A DNA stretch of 64,000 nucleotides from an uncultured Planctomycetota bacterium (GTDB taxonomy: Bacteria > Planctomycetota > Planctomycetia > Isosphaerales > Isosphaeraceae): assembly GCA_963823665.1 (NCBI GenBank), contig CAWGMQ010000010.1:1824001-1888000 (forward strand), read 5' to 3'. A model generated the notes under the pieces. The model searched no databases and was not told the DNA's origin. It saw nothing but the letters and a program-made list of their open reading frames with translations. The translations under genes and the position numbers were made by a program. This document shows positions 33,272-43,153 of the stretch, piece by piece (position 1 is the stretch's first letter; every line of letters starts with the position of its first letter).

Positions 33272-36200
33272 CTACTTGTCGGGCTCAATGATCCAGAATT
33301 CCAACCGGTTGGTTGTCCCTTCACCGATCCCCGATTCGGCTCCGAAATTCACTTGCAGCCAGTATCCGCCAGGCTTGAGCCCGGCATACCAGTCGTTCAA
33401 GTCGACCCGCAAAGCCTCGAAGGATTCGGACGGCGCCAGCATCCGGGCCGCGTTGCCGGGATCGAACTGCTCCGTCGGCATCGGTTTCGGAGGCGGGGCG
33501 GAACGGGCACGCAGGAGGGCTTGATCGTCGGGATCGTCGGGACGCTTGTTCAAAACCAGTGACACTCCCCGGCGCAGAGCGGGCTTGCCGTCGGCCCCTG
33601 CGCGGATGAACTCCGTCGGCGCCGACTGCTCGATTCCACGAACATTGTACAAACGAAGCATGACGACGACGGGTTGGCCGGGCTGGAACACGGCGACGGG
33701 GGGCTCGGCCGTCTCGAGTCGTGCCGCGAGGCCGCCCGTCAATTTCAGCCACAACTTGCGGTCGGGCGAGAACTCGATTTCCGAGGCCGGCACACGGGCA
33801 ATCGTCGCATGCCCGACGAAACCGAAATACCGCTCCCAGCGGTCTCCCTTCTTCACTTCCTCCGACTGCCAGACCCAACCGTCCTGGAGAAAATCGCCGA
33901 GGCCCCGAAACCGGCTGGTACTGTGGTCAACCGGGAATGACTTGAGCGCGAGCCAGCGGGCGCGCACCGGATAGCCTGCCGCCAGCGGCGCGGCGCGGGA
34001 CTCTCCCTCCGCGGTCAACGAGAACACGGCGTGGCCCTCTCGGACGTCGTCGGGAGTGGCCGGGTGTGCGAGCGCCGGGAAGCGTAGATAGGCGACCGGG
34101 TTGCGGAAGTTGGGCTCGCCCGGGATGTATTCGGCCGCGAAGCGCGGGCCGTAGCGCCGCAAATACGCGGCGCACGCGGTGATGGCCGCGTCGCGTCGCG
34201 CCTCGGGCCAGGTCAGTGAGCATTCGGGGGCGCCGTCGAGCGCCGAGATCTTCCACGCGACATAATCGCACGTGCGCATGGGCACTGCGACCCCTTGCCT
34301 TTCTGCGGGATCGGGAACCCGCACGTCGGAGAAACCACCGTTCTGACCCGACACAAGCGTGTACTGAACCACGCCGCGCGGCTGTCGCACTGCCGTTCCT
34401 ACCTTCGCGTTGTCGGCCAGGGCGGCGAGCAGGGCCTCGCGGTACGCGGGAACGCACACCAGTGGCGAATCGATCTGGTCCATGTACTGATGATCGCGCC
34501 GGCCCTCTTTGACCGGAACGAGCGGCAGCCAGTGGGATTGCGGGTCGACGAACATCGCGTGCGCGGCCTTGGACAGCGCCGGGTGGTCCGGGTAAGTCCA
34601 CAATGGCTCGAGTGCGTCACGCCAGTCGTGTTCGATCGTTTCCGGTTCGATAAACTGAACCCATGCGGCGTATTCGTCGAGGGACTCGCGGTCACCGGCC
34701 CGAGCGCGCACGATCGTGAATTCGGCGATGTAGTGGGCGTAAAAGCCGGACTGCGACTGCTGTGGGTCGAGCGACCGTTCGCGGCAGGCCGTCATGAGTG
34801 ACTTGATTGTGGGCAGCGACGCGACCTCGTCCCACCAGGTGAACCTGAGCGCAAGGTTGCAGGCTTCGAGCAGCTCGGCCCGCGCCTTGCCGGTTCCTGC
34901 CATCTCCTGGCAACGACGGGTGAGTAGCTCCGAGACGGTGGGGCTGCGCAGTTTGCGAAGCGGCTCGCCGCGTAGCGCGCCGGGCTTCGGCTGCCCCGGC
35001 CTCCTCACGGTGAAGTAGCCCGTCAAGGAGGGTGGGACGCCGGGTGCCTGAATGAGGCTCGACGCTGCCTCGATCCAGCGGGCCGGGCCGGCGGAGTCGT
35101 CGCGCAGGCTCCGATACCAGCGCTCAACCAAGGGTACCGAGGCGTTCTTCTCCCAGAACGCGCGGGCTGCGTGCGCCAGGCGTTTGCGGCCCTCAGCAGT
35201 CTCTAATTCGGCGTGGTCGGACCCGTCGTCCAGGAAGCGCTCGGACTTGAGGAGGCGCTGGAGCGCGGCGTAGACGGCCAAGTTGACCGGCCGCGTGTGG
35301 TCGATCCCCGAGCGGCTAGCAATGCAGCGGGTCAGCCTGGTGTCCGATTCGAGCGCGGCCAGCAAGGGGCCGACGGCGCGGTCGCCCTCGGCAACCACTT
35401 CTTTGACAATTTCGCCGGTGCCGGGGTTGGGCACGGAGTTGTGGAAAATTTGCGTGACATGAATCTGGTCGAAGTCGCGGATCAGCGCCGCGATCCTGGC
35501 GGCCGGGTCGCCACCGGGCGGCGGGACAGGCCCGCGCGGTGCTTCCTTGGCCCGGCGCTCCTGATCGGCCAGTAGCGCCGCTATCGCATTTGCGTTTCGC
35601 ACGTAGGCCGGTCCCAGAACGAGCAGGCGGCGCGGTGTCTTGGGCTCAGCGGCGGGCGCGCCTGGCTTCGCCGCGAGGGCCTGGCGGAAGCGGTCGAGCC
35701 GGCGGGCGGCGTCGAGCGCGACGGCATCGTCTGCCGTGCAATGAGCTGCGATCAGCCGGGAGTAGACGGTGTCGGCCCAACCACGCGACAGGGAAGGGAA
35801 GCTGATGTTCTCATCCGTCAGGTCGGGGCGTGCGTTCTCAGGGGTCCAGGTGGTCGCGGCGGCGTAGAGCGACTCGGCGAGGTCGGCCCGGCCCAGGCGG
35901 AGGAGCGTGCAGAGCGTGAGCGGCCCACGCGGCACGGCCGTCGCCGGCCCGCGATCGTCGAAAAACGGGGAAATCGCTTCACGGTGTTCCGTCGTCTTCC
36001 CGGTTCCTACGCTGGTGGACCGATATTCGAGGAATTTTGGCGACTCGCGGCTCTTTTTCAGAACAACGGCGAGGGCCTGGACGTCGGACTCCAGGTCTGC
36101 TCTTGCGCCGACGCTGAGCGCCGGACGCACCACGCCGTCCCATCCGACGACGAACCGGCCGGGCACGCCGGGACGCTCTGGCATCACGAATCCTCGGGCC

Positions 36201-36640
36201 TTCCGCACCACTCGCCAGTCGCCGACCTCGACCTCCCGGTAGTCGCAGCCGCGCGGGTCGGCGGCTCCCAGCTCGAAGAGAGCGGCAGTCGCGTCGAGGA
36301 CGGATCGCGGCAGCTTGGTCGCCGGGGGCGTCCACGGCACGCCCTGGCTCGGCGGGTCGGGTATGGTCTTGCCCGCGAATTTTGGCGCTTGCGGTTCAGG
36401 TTCCTGGCCGGCTCGCAAGATTTGCGTGATCGCAGGTTCGTCCTGATTTGTGGGATCGGAGATCGTGTTCCCCGCGACATTCGGCGCCGGCTCTACCAGC
36501 TCTCCCCCGCACACGACCGCCAACAACATCGTCGGGACGAGCCCGCCCATGCTCGCACCGGCTCGGCTTCCCTGCCTCCGCATGTTTCTGAGGCCATTCG
36601 GCGTCATATTCGTATTCCTCACGTTCATGTGCCGGAACAA
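33272..36640 (-). CDS. Large hypothetical exported protein, paralogue 2 (probable start near 36550)
   Basis: Intact 1122-aa ORF; hydrophobic MLLAVVCGG leader; end-to-end similarity to the adjacent copy. Confidence 0.85.
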   Translation of the reverse strand: MFRHMNVRNTNMTPNGLRNMRRQGSRAGASMGGLVPTMLLAVVCGGELVEPAPNVAGNTISDPTNQDEPAITQILRAGQEPEPQAPKFAGKTIPDPPSQGVPWTPPATKLPRSVLDATAALFELGAADPRGCDYREVEVGDWRVVRKARGFVMPERPGVPGRFVVGWDGVVRPALSVGARADLESDVQALAVVLKKSRESPKFLEYRSTSVGTGKTTEHREAISPFFDDRGPATAVPRGPLTLCTLLRLGRADLAESLYAAATTWTPENARPDLTDENISFPSLSRGWADTVYSRLIAAHCTADDAVALDAARRLDRFRQALAAKPGAPAAEPKTPRRLLVLGPAYVRNANAIAALLADQERRAKEAPRGPVPPPGGDPAARIAALIRDFDQIHVTQIFHNSVPNPGTGEIVKEVVAEGDRAVGPLLAALESDTRLTRCIASRSGIDHTRPVNLAVYAALQRLLKSERFLDDGSDHAELETAEGRKRLAHAARAFWEKNASVPLVERWYRSLRDDSAGPARWIEAASSLIQAPGVPPSLTGYFTVRRPGQPKPGALRGEPLRKLRSPTVSELLTRRCQEMAGTGKARAELLEACNLALRFTWWDEVASLPTIKSLMTACRERSLDPQQSQSGFYAHYIAEFTIVRARAGDRESLDEYAAWVQFIEPETIEHDWRDALEPLWTYPDHPALSKAAHAMFVDPQSHWLPLVPVKEGRRDHQYMDQIDSPLVCVPAYREALLAALADNAKVGTAVRQPRGVVQYTLVSGQNGGFSDVRVPDPAERQGVAVPMRTCDYVAWKISALDGAPECSLTWPEARRDAAITACAAYLRRYGPRFAAEYIPGEPNFRNPVAYLRFPALAHPATPDDVREGHAVFSLTAEGESRAAPLAAGYPVRARWLALKSFPVDHSTSRFRGLGDFLQDGWVWQSEEVKKGDRWERYFGFVGHATIARVPASEIEFSPDRKLWLKLTGGLAARLETAEPPVAVFQPGQPVVVMLRLYNVRGIEQSAPTEFIRAGADGKPALRRGVSLVLNKRPDDPDDQALLRARSAPPPKPMPTEQFDPGNAARMLAPSESFEALRVDLNDWYAGLKPGGYWLQVNFGAESGIGEGTTNRLEFWIIEPDK

Positions 36641-36919
36641 CGAAAAGGGCTATCCTTGTATGTTGAACTTGCCCTCCGGCGATGTTAACAAGAACGCCAC
36701 GCAATTGCTGCCGATTCAGAGCGGATTCCAGAACACCGGCGAATTCATTCGCGGTGCACGCACCGGCTCGGCGATATGCGGCCGATCGCTGTATGTAAAA
36801 CGGCGAGCCCTGGCGTTCCTTAGAAAATTCCTTCGGCCATCAGCAATTGGAGACGGACACGCGATCGGATGGTGTGGACGTCACACCGACGAGATCGTCC
36901 GATCCGGAGGCCCGATTTC

Positions 36920-37778
36920 ATGCCGACCACGGATGAAGCTACGGTTGTCGCGCCTGCTCCGACGAATGCTGTGCCGACGAGCAAAATGCGTCAATTGCTG
37001 CTCAGGCGGCTCCGACAACTGTTGCGGGCGACGATTGCTCTGGCGATTTGCCTCACGATCGCTGCTATGGGTCTTGGAATCCGGTGGCTGACGTGTCTGA
37101 ACGGGCTTCCGGACATTGGCGAGCCGTTCGATGTGGCGGCGTTCCGCAGCTTCCGCGTTCCCGACGATCAGAATGCCTTCGCCTATCTGAGGCAAGCGAA
37201 CGCAAAGCTCACCCCGATTCGAGGGGAGAAGGGGGATCATGGGACATACCCGGGCGGTCCGAAATTCTCGTGGTCAAGCGCGAGCCCGAGCGCAGCCGGC
37301 GCGTGCTGCGGTTGCTCTGCGCAGCTACCTGGCGCGTGCGGAAGCTCGCGAGCGGCCGCCAAGCGCGCCGGCTGTCTGGGCCATGTTCACATACCAGACC
37401 TCGACGAACCCGATCCGAACGGGCAAAATCAGCGTGCCGCTTTATCCCGCCAGTCCGAAAGCACCGGAGGAAGCTCGAGCGCTACCGCCTGAGAAGCTCG
37501 CGGGCTGGCTGGTCTCGACCCTCGACGCCAGGTTAGAAGTCGTATCGTCTCATAACCAGCTTTGGCCATGGCCACCGGAACGGATGGTGGACAGCAGGGG
37601 TGACGCGGACCGCACTGCCCACCGCGCCTTGGTCATCATGATGGCGACGGAGCTTTATCACCGCGAACGAGGAAGCCTCCCGCTTTCGGAAGAGGCCCTG
37701 GTTGGGACGTATCTCAAGAGCTTGCCCGAGGGATACTCGCCTGATGTGAACGATGGAACGGCGCCGGTCATCGAGTAG
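36920..37778 (+). pseudogene. Membrane-anchored hypothetical protein with internal deletion/frameshift
   Basis: TM then LNGLPDIGEPFD...DQNAF; C-terminal ELYHRERGSLP...LVGTYLKSLP in another frame. Confidence 0.6.
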
Positions 37779-37892
37779 CTGGGAGGCGCGTCAGGCGTGT
37801 GGGGTGCATCGAAGTGGACGCGAAGGGAAGCAATGGTCAAGATGGGATGGAGGCCACGCTTACGGTATTGCCCGATCTGGAGGTGAGATTCC

Positions 37893-38138
37893 ATGTCGAT
37901 CGCGGATGATGCGCTTGATATCGCGCCGGCTGGGGCCAAGAACAAAGCGGGCCGATCGCCGCAAAACGGATCCGGCCGCTTTGAGCGTGCCACGATCGTG
38001 CTGGTGGTCTGCGTTGCGGTCGTCGCCATGGCTCTTGTCATTTTGTGGCTCTCGAGCTGGAACCAGGATGGGCTTCCCGACATCGGCGATCCGGAGGAAA
38101 TTGCGGCGGTGCGGGCCTTGGACGGTGCGGGTATCTGA
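37893..38138 (+). pseudogene. Truncated paralogue of the 36920 gene
   Basis: TM followed by DGLPDIGDP (cf. NGLPDIGEP), then a stop. Confidence 0.5.
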
Positions 38139-38214
38139 CCTGGCGCCGATTCTTGCGACCGTCAGTTCGAGTGCCGTGGGCTCCAGTGACTCGAGAGATC
38201 GAAGGATCTGTCTG

Positions 38215-39241
38215 ATGAACCGCGTGGGCATTACTGCAGCATTCATGTGCCTGGACCTATGTTGTGCGTGGGCATGCGCCTCCGAGCCTGCTGGCGAGGA
38301 ACGGACCCATTACCCCACGTTCGGCGTGGCGTTCAGCCAGCCGAAGGGCTGGATTGAGCAGACCAGAGACAAATCGAAGACCATCGCGTGGTGGATCAGC
38401 CCGGACTCTGCGCCAGCGAAGCCCCTGGCAATCATCATGGTTGAGTGCGGCCAGACTTCGGATCACTCCCTGGATGAGGTCGCTCGGGGGCTGGCGAAGA
38501 ACTTTCATGGCGAGGTCGATGGCTCGCCGACGACGCTGGGCGGCACGCACGCCCTCCGGGTGGTCGCAAAGAACGATGGTCGCACAATTCGCCCGGTGGA
38601 GGCCGTCGTCACGATCCACGACGGACTACTGTACCTGGTGATGGGCGGCGCGGTGACCGGACACTCCGTCAAGGATGAGCTTGAGGCCATCCGCGCGAGC
38701 TGGGACTGGACGGCGATCGAACCGCCCTACAAGCACTTGGAGTTTCGCGCCAAGCCGTTGTCCCTCGCCAAAGGAGCGGCGACGATTAACGTGCCTGCAT
38801 TAATGCACACCTATCCTGATGAGCATCCCGACCAGGTCCTGGACCTCGGGCTGCACAATGTTCTCCGGAACGAGCCGGACTTCCTCGCCTACGCTCAAGT
38901 CGTGACGATGGCCGAGGGGCAGTCTTTCGCCGATTATCGAATCGGGCTCTCCGAAAGACTGCGCGCAAGGCACGATTCAGGAACCAATTGCATGGCAGAC
39001 GCGGGAAAACGACCCATCGCGGGTCGTATCTCAGACGATCCAGATCCAGGCACCGAACAAGGCCGGTAAGCCGACGCGCATGCTGATTCGATGGGCGCTC
39101 GTGAAACTCGACGACCGCCGGATCGTCTCGGTTAACTTCACCCTTCCTCATGGGGCGCCCGGGGTCCCCGGCGCCTATAGCACGGTCATGGATCGGATTG
39201 TGGATTCCATCCATCCCGGCGTAGGTGGACGCCCAGATTAG
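38215..39241 (+). CDS. Secreted hypothetical protein (frameshift near 38965)
   Basis: Signal-like N-terminus; FGVAFSQPKGW; continues in another frame to MDRIVDSIHPGVGGRPD*. Confidence 0.6.
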
Positions 39242-39601
39242 CGGACAGATTAACCCTGCCGGGACGGGTCAATCGGCGAGCGAGCCAGGGGCAAGTGTCA
39301 GAACTTACCGAAGGCCAGCCGTGCGACAGCCCCGGATGACGACGTGGCGGTGAAGGCCTCGGACGCCGGCGGCGTTCAGAAAGACTTCACATCATGAATG
39401 ATCACTCACTTCAGGCGTAGCGGAATCGTGCTCAACCGTCATGGCGGCGCAGAGCTTTGCCCCATGCTCCGTCACCTCACGCATTCGTGATTGACGGGCA
39501 TTGACGCGCGAGATGGACTTCGTATAGTTCCGATTCAGGATGCGGACGCGACGCTCGCGGCCAACCGAGTCAGCTTCATGAGTCGTTCACGGAGGTCGAT
39601 C

Positions 39602-41701
39602 ATGTACGGAGCCGTCTTGTTTCTGAGCCTGCTCTCCTCGGCGCCCTGTGCGGTTGCCGACGACGACAAGCCACCCGCCAGTCGTCTGCCCGCGGGGTGC
39701 GAGGTCGTGATGGCCCCTGGAATGAGGATCACCGCAAAGACGCCCGTGGGGACGATTTTGATCACTGCGGTCGATGAATTGACGCGCGCGTATACCTGGG
39801 ACGGGGCGACCCGGGCGGTCGAGATGGAGCCCCGTCGATCGAGGTTTCTCGGCAGTCTCGGCTTGTTTTACGATTCCACAGGTGAGCATTGGCGCGACCA
39901 CGGCGGTATCAACCGCTGCTTCACGAAAGAGGGTCAGCAGCACAAACGTTCGGTTGAGGAGGCGATAGATTGGATCAAGGAGCCCGACCGCGTTGCCTCG
40001 GTTTACCGAAACGACGGGCTGATGGTCGGGTGGCGCAAGAATCTGCCTGGGGGGAGTAGTTTGGAGGTCGAGGTCTGGCAGATTCTCGTCGACGGGAAGA
40101 AACCGGCACAACTCCCTGGCAGCCAAGACGACAAGATTGTTGTCGAAACGGTGGAGACCGAAACTTCGCCGCTGGTGCGCGCGGTCGCGACCAATGATCT
40201 CAGCGCGGTCAGCGCCTTGCTGGCCAAAGGGGCCGACGCCAATGGCAAAAACAGCGTGGAGATACCGGTTCTGGTCACGGCGATCCGGCGCGACTCGGCC
40301 CCAATCGTCGAGGCACTGCTGAAACACAAGGCCGACCCCAATGTCCGAGAGATCGATACCGATTGGACCCCGCTCTGGAAGGCGCTCAAACTGAACGCCG
40401 GCGACCGAATCGCCATCATCAAGATGCTGTTGGCGGCGGGTGCGGACGTGAATGCGACGAGCGGGAAGGCGGAGGATCAGGGCATCACACCGCTGATGGC
40501 TGTCGCACTCGACGACGGCGCGGACATGGTTCAGCTTTTTCTTGACAAGGGCGCCGACGTCAACGCCAGGACGGCGGGTGGTGAGACCGCCCTCTCTTTG
40601 GCGAAGTGGTCCGAGCTGAAGGATAAAGAGGCTGTTATTCGAAAGCTCGAAGCGGCGCGGGCAAAGACTGCGCTTTCCGGTGACGCCAAGGCACGAGCGG
40701 GCGGTCGCCCGGCGCGATCCGAGCTCGTGATGCCGCCCGGAATGAGGATCACCGCGACGACGCCCGTGGGGACGATCGCGATCACCGCGGTCGATGAACG
40801 GACGAGAGCTTACACTTGGGACGGTGCGACCCGGGCGGTCGAGCGGTCGTCCGAAACGGCCAGGGTCCTGGGAGGCGCCGGCGCATTCCATTGTTCGTTC
40901 GACGAGCATTGGCGCGATCATCACGGCATCTCGCGCGGCCTCACGAGGGAAGGGCAGAAGCACTTCAAGACGGTTTTCGAGGCGATGAAATGGATCAGGG
41001 AGCCCGACCAAGCCACGTTTGTCTACCGCAATGACGGGCTAGTCGTCGGGTGGGAGAAGGTGACGGACGATAAGGTGCTCACGGTCGAGGTCTGGCAGAT
41101 CTTCGTGGACGGGAAGAAACCGAAGCGACTGCCAGGCAGCGGGGATGACAAGATTGTCGTTGAGACTGTCGAGACGGAAACCTCGCCGCTCGTGAAATCG
41201 GTCGCGAGCGACGATCTCAAGGCGGTCACCGCGCTCCTGGCCGGCGGGGCCGACGCCAATGTGAAAAACAGCGTCGAGATTCCGGTTCTGGTGATGGCGA
41301 TCCGGCACGGGCCGGCCGCCATCGTCGAGGCTTTGCTCAAGAACGGGGCGGATCCCAACGTCCGGAATGTCGACACCGATTCGACCCCACTCATCGAGAT
41401 GTTCTACCGGAAAGAGCCCGACGGTAAAGCCATCGCCAAAATGCTGCTGGCCGCGGGCGCGGACATGAGTGCGGCGAGCCGGAAGCCGGGATCCAAGATC
41501 ACGGACGCCACGCCCCTCATGATTGCGGCAGCCGATGGATGCGACGACCTGGTTCAGCTCTTCATTGACAAAGGCGCAGACGTGAATGCGAAGATGCCAG
41601 ATGGCCACACGGCTCTCTGGATGGCGAAGTCGTTCGGCGTGAACAAGGAAGATAACAAAGGCGTGATTCGCAAGCTGATTGCGGCGGGGGCGAAAGAGTA
41701 G
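39602..41701 (+). CDS. Secreted ankyrin-repeat protein made of two tandem [unknown domain + ankyrin] units
   Basis: GGAGG RBS, signal peptide, GADVNA/TPL ankyrin motifs; clear internal duplication. Confidence 0.88.
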   Translation: MYGAVLFLSLLSSAPCAVADDDKPPASRLPAGCEVVMAPGMRITAKTPVGTILITAVDELTRAYTWDGATRAVEMEPRRSRFLGSLGLFYDSTGEHWRDHGGINRCFTKEGQQHKRSVEEAIDWIKEPDRVASVYRNDGLMVGWRKNLPGGSSLEVEVWQILVDGKKPAQLPGSQDDKIVVETVETETSPLVRAVATNDLSAVSALLAKGADANGKNSVEIPVLVTAIRRDSAPIVEALLKHKADPNVREIDTDWTPLWKALKLNAGDRIAIIKMLLAAGADVNATSGKAEDQGITPLMAVALDDGADMVQLFLDKGADVNARTAGGETALSLAKWSELKDKEAVIRKLEAARAKTALSGDAKARAGGRPARSELVMPPGMRITATTPVGTIAITAVDERTRAYTWDGATRAVERSSETARVLGGAGAFHCSFDEHWRDHHGISRGLTREGQKHFKTVFEAMKWIREPDQATFVYRNDGLVVGWEKVTDDKVLTVEVWQIFVDGKKPKRLPGSGDDKIVVETVETETSPLVKSVASDDLKAVTALLAGGADANVKNSVEIPVLVMAIRHGPAAIVEALLKNGADPNVRNVDTDSTPLIEMFYRKEPDGKAIAKMLLAAGADMSAASRKPGSKITDATPLMIAAADGCDDLVQLFIDKGADVNAKMPDGHTALWMAKSFGVNKEDNKGVIRKLIAAGAKE

Positions 41702-41708
41702 GGCGCGG

Positions 41709-42566
41709 TTACTCGAACACGACGGTGCGCACCCCCTGAACCAAAACGCGGTCTTGCAAGTGCCAGCGGACGGCTTGAGCGAGCACGCGGCGCTCGACCT
41801 CGCGGCCGATGCGGATCATGTCGTCGACTTCGTCCTTGTGGGAAATGTGGGCGACGTCCTGGTGGATGATCGGGCCGGCGTCGAGCTCGGCCGTGACGTA
41901 ATGGGCGGTTGCCCCGATGATCTTCACGCCGCGGTCGTGGGCCTGGCGATAGGGGTCGGCGCCGATGAACGCCGGCAGGAACGAGTGATGGATATTGATG
42001 ATCGGCCGGCGATATGATTCGAGCAATTGCGGTGAAAGGATCTGCATGTAGCGTGCCAGGACGACCAGGTCGATCTCGTGCTCGAGCAAGAGCTTCGCGA
42101 CGCGCGCCTCCTGATCGGCCTTTGAGGCGGGTGACACGTGAAGGTGATGGAACTGGATACCGTGCGCCTCGACCTTGGACCTCAAGGCTTCGTGATTGGA
42201 GATGACAAACGGAATCTCGGCGTCGAGCTCGCCGGCCTCCCAGCGCCACAGGAGGTCGACCAGGCAATGCCCGCCTTTTGAAACCAGGATCGCCATGCGC
42301 TTCGGGCGGTCGGTGTAGCTCACTCGCCAGCGCATCGTGTGCTGCCGTGCCAGCGGTGCAAAAGCCGCGTCGAATTCGTCGCGACCCAGGCCGAAGCGAT
42401 CGCCTTCGATCTCCATCCTCATGAAGAAGCTACCACTGGGCGGGTCGCTGACGTGCTGGTCGGCACTCAGGATGTTGCCGTTGTGGAGGGCGATGAAGCT
42501 GGAGACGGCCGCAATCACACCCTTGTGGTCGGGGCAGTCGATCAGGAGACGGATGTTGTAGCTCAT
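41709..42566 (-). CDS. purU: Formyltetrahydrofolate deformylase
   Basis: CPDHKGVIAAVS, LARYMQILS, INIHHSFLPAF, GVKIIGATAHYVT.ELDAGPII motifs. Confidence 0.97.
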   Translation of the reverse strand: MSYNIRLLIDCPDHKGVIAAVSSFIALHNGNILSADQHVSDPPSGSFFMRMEIEGDRFGLGRDEFDAAFAPLARQHTMRWRVSYTDRPKRMAILVSKGGHCLVDLLWRWEAGELDAEIPFVISNHEALRSKVEAHGIQFHHLHVSPASKADQEARVAKLLLEHEIDLVVLARYMQILSPQLLESYRRPIINIHHSFLPAFIGADPYRQAHDRGVKIIGATAHYVTAELDAGPIIHQDVAHISHKDEVDDMIRIGREVERRVLAQAVRWHLQDRVLVQGVRTVVFE

Positions 42567-42714
42567 GGGTGAAGGTCAATATAGACGCACCACCGGTTTG
42601 CGGGAAGAGCTCACGCAAAGGAGCTTGATTATTCGGGCAGATTGGATGAAGGAGAAAGTCAAGAAGGGCTCACGCAAAGGCGCAAAGAGAAGAAAGACAC
42701 CAAGAAGGGAAGAT

Positions 42715-42915
42715 GCGACCCGCGAGCGATCGGTGCCGCACTTGGCGAAGTCGGAGGAGGCTTCGGGTCGTCGATCCGTGCCGCGACCACGGCAGCAGCT
42801 CCGAGAGACGCAAGCGCCGCCACTGCCAGGATGGTCGCAGTCGCGAATTTGAGCCGGGTCATGAGCAAGCTCCTGATGATGGAGTGGGTCAAGGCCGCGA
42901 CGGCGGCCGGGATCG
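42715..42915 (-). pseudogene. ECF sigma-factor remnant (linker/TM segment only)
   Basis: AAVAALTHSIIRSLLMTRLKFATATILAVAAL resembles the linker/TM of the ECF genes here (e.g. ALAQEVLRSMMIHKVKYAAL). Confidence 0.55.
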
Positions 42916-43153
42916 GTCCGTTCGCTCCTGGGACTGGCTTCTTGCCGCTCACCAAGATTATAAGAGGGTCAGGATAGTCGACACGCACCGATTTTCTGGT
43001 AGCGTCCGGATCTTGAACGTGCATGGTGGCGTTCTTCGCTTTTCCGGACAACCCGGGAGAAAAACGCCGGCATCCGGGCAGTAGTCGACGTGGGGATGAA
43101 ACAACGCGGCATCGGTTTGGCGAACGTTCTTGATCCGGAGGGGGCGTGACAGG

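Noticed and set aside
29855..36640. Diversity-generating retroelement TR/VR pair
   Set aside because: No reverse transcriptase in the window; similarity covers whole genes and differences are not visibly adenine-restricted.
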